Shown here: in pieces, positions 62,863 through 64,000 of the stretch
How the letters are laid out: every line of letters begins with the position of its first letter
How positions within the stretch are numbered: the stretch's first letter is position 1
Source of the DNA: Moorellales bacterium
GTDB lineage: Bacteria; Bacillota; DSM-521; Neomoorellales; SLTJ01
Assembly (NCBI GenBank): GCA_049719955.1
Contig: JBNARC010000001.1
Coordinates: forward strand, 1,887-65,886
DNA length: 64,000 bases
Direction of reading: 5' to 3'
Program-made: the position numbers and the translations under genes
The notes under the pieces: generated by a model
Told to the model about the DNA's origin: nothing
Database searches by the model: none
What the model saw: the letters and a program-made list of their open reading frames with translations, nothing else

Positions 62863-63279
62863 GTGGGTTACCTTCTGATTTTGTTAGGTATAACGTTGGT
62901 GGCGCTTACTTTGAAGCCCGCCCTTTCCGGTCGACCGGAGCGGCCGGGGTCGGAGCCACAAGGCCCGCCAGAACGCGACGCCGTCTGGGAGGAGTTATTG
63001 GAGCGGCTTAGCACTTTGGAGGAGCGGCTGTTGGCCTCCGGACCGCCGGTCGGAGCGGGGTCGGCAGCCGAAGAAGGTTCTAGAGGGGCTTGCGGCCCTA
63101 CGGAGGCAGGAGGTTCCCCGGCCTTCGGCGAAATACTGGGCCAACTTTACCGGGAAGACTGGCGGCAGCAGGTGTACGCTGCCTACGATGCCGGAGAAGG
63201 CATTGAGGACATTGCCCGCCGTTTGGGGCGGGGAAAGGGGGAGGTCGAATTAATCCTGCGCCTGCGCTCAACCGGCTAA
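62863..63279 (+). CDS. Hypothetical small membrane protein
   Basis: It has an N-terminal transmembrane segment (YLLILLGITLVALTL) and a C-terminal short helical segment IEDIARRLGRGKGEVELILRL. I recognise no family. Confidence 0.4.
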   Translation: MGYLLILLGITLVALTLKPALSGRPERPGSEPQGPPERDAVWEELLERLSTLEERLLASGPPVGAGSAAEEGSRGACGPTEAGGSPAFGEILGQLYREDWRQQVYAAYDAGEGIEDIARRLGRGKGEVELILRLRSTG

Positions 63280-63305
63280 AGGAGTGGTGGCCCTCGCTGG
63301 CCAAG

Positions 63306-63722
63306 GTGGGGCTGGGGATGGGTCTGGGTTTGATCTTAGCCGGGTTGCTGGTAGTGGCCCAGCCGTCGCCGGAACCCAGTCGACAGGAGATTGAGAGGCA
63401 GGCCCGAGCCCTGGGAATGGTGTACCGGGACGAGGTGGTGGCCTGGGCACCGGAGCCGGCCCCCACCTCGGCGGCGTCGTCGGGCGGTGGGAGCGAGGAC
63501 GGGGGTTCGGGAGAGGTGCAGGTTTACATCCCTCCCGGTTTTACCTCCTACCAGGTGGCGGAACTATTGGCCCGCCAGGGGCTGGTGGAGGATGCGGCCG
63601 CTTTCGAACGTTTGATCGGAGAGATGGGGGCCAGTCGGCGGCTGGTGGCCGGTTATCACCGCTTGCGGCTGCCGGCCGATCCCCGAGAAATAGTGGAGGA
63701 ACTTACCCGTCAAGGACGCTAA
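63306..63722 (+). CDS. Hypothetical small membrane protein
   Basis: It has an N-terminal transmembrane segment (GLGLILAGLLVVA) and a C-terminal segment VQVYIPPGFTSYQVAELLARQGLV that faintly resembles the YceG/MltG N-terminal region. This was not verified. Confidence 0.4.
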   Translation: MGLGMGLGLILAGLLVVAQPSPEPSRQEIERQARALGMVYRDEVVAWAPEPAPTSAASSGGGSEDGGSGEVQVYIPPGFTSYQVAELLARQGLVEDAAAFERLIGEMGASRRLVAGYHRLRLPADPREIVEELTRQGR

Positions 63723-63839
63723 GGTGCGGCTTCTCCCGGTGCCTGCACAAGGTATTGGTGGCCCGGGGCTGAGGCCGGGCAGCCGAACGGCGTCGCCGAG
63801 CGGGAACCCCCTGAAAAGTGGGGGTAAGGAGGTGATACC

Positions 63840-64000
63840 GTGCTCAGAGGAATATATATGGCCAATACCGCCCTAGTAACCCAGCAGGTACGGGAAGGAG
63901 TAATCGGGCAGAATCTGGCTAACCTCAGCACCTGGGGTTACAAGGCGGACCGCGCTGTGCTCCGGAGCTTTCCGGAAGTGCTCTGGTGGCGGCTGGAAGG
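63840..64000 (+). CDS. Flagellar basal-body rod protein (FlgF/FlgG family), N-terminal fragment; runs off the right edge of the window
   Basis: My own translation from GTG 63840, 7 nt after AAGGAGG, reads VLRGIYMANTALVTQQVREGVIGQNLANLSTWGYKADRAV. This matches the rod-protein N-terminal signature. It is not in the ORF track because it is edge-truncated. Confidence 0.7.
   Translation, partial: MLRGIYMANTALVTQQVREGVIGQNLANLSTWGYKADRAVLRSFPEVLWWRLE

Noticed and set aside
1-64000. I looked for rRNA, tRNA, CRISPR arrays, transposases, integrases, toxin-antitoxin genes and known defence genes.
   Set aside because: I saw none on reading the ORF translations and the intergenic regions. I saw no direct-repeat/spacer periodicity and no cloverleaf-like tRNA sequence in the short intergenic gaps.

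Overview
The window is visibly GC-rich and looks like a Firmicutes/Clostridia-type chromosome segment. Supporting signs are SLH-domain wall proteins, indolepyruvate:ferredoxin oxidoreductase, and a Bacillus/Clostridium-style flagellar gene order. I found no rRNA, tRNA, CRISPR array or transposase.

Positions 1-17.6 kb hold mixed housekeeping and accessory genes: a truncated GH5-like hydrolase, a nitroreductase, an ECF sigma/anti-sigma pair, a YutG/PgpA-like protein, a duplicated ferritin-like protein, an FrhB-like gene with iorA and iorB, a GT2 glycosyltransferase, a GldA/F/G-type ABC module with a DUF4340-like gene, lgt, a ferredoxin and mobA.

Positions 17.7-64 kb form an almost uninterrupted plus-strand motility supercluster:
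- c-di-GMP-I riboswitch, then fapA(DUF342)-cheW-cheA-cheB(no REC domain)
- sigma-28 promoter, then flgM-flgN-flgK-flgL-fliW-csrA
- a three-gene surface-protein cassette, then an antisense FAD oxidase
- sigma-28 promoter, then flaG-fliD-fliS and a FliT-position ORF
- second c-di-GMP-I riboswitch, then flgB-flgC-fliE-F-G-H-I-J-K-flgD-flgE-flbD-motA-motB-fliL-fliN-fliO-P-Q-R-flhB-flhA-flhF-flhG-pilZ-fliA, two small membrane ORFs and a truncated rod gene

Most notable observations:
1. Downstream of fliW-csrA, where Bacillus-type loci carry flagellin, there is no flagellin gene. Instead there is a tightly coupled cassette: a 1836-aa secreted protein (16 IPT/TIG-like repeats, one FN3 module, an unassigned C-terminal domain, no anchor) followed by two SLH-anchored proteins. 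Its 91-nt leader carries a cluster of CGGAG motifs that could be CsrA sites.
2. c-di-GMP appears to act at three points: two GEMM-I riboswitches and a PilZ protein.
3. A roughly 150-240 bp imperfect-palindrome repeat family has three intergenic copies in the first 10.5 kb.
4. fliM, cheY and flagellin are absent from an otherwise complete cluster.

All functional calls come from reading the supplied translations and my recall of family motifs. No database search was run.
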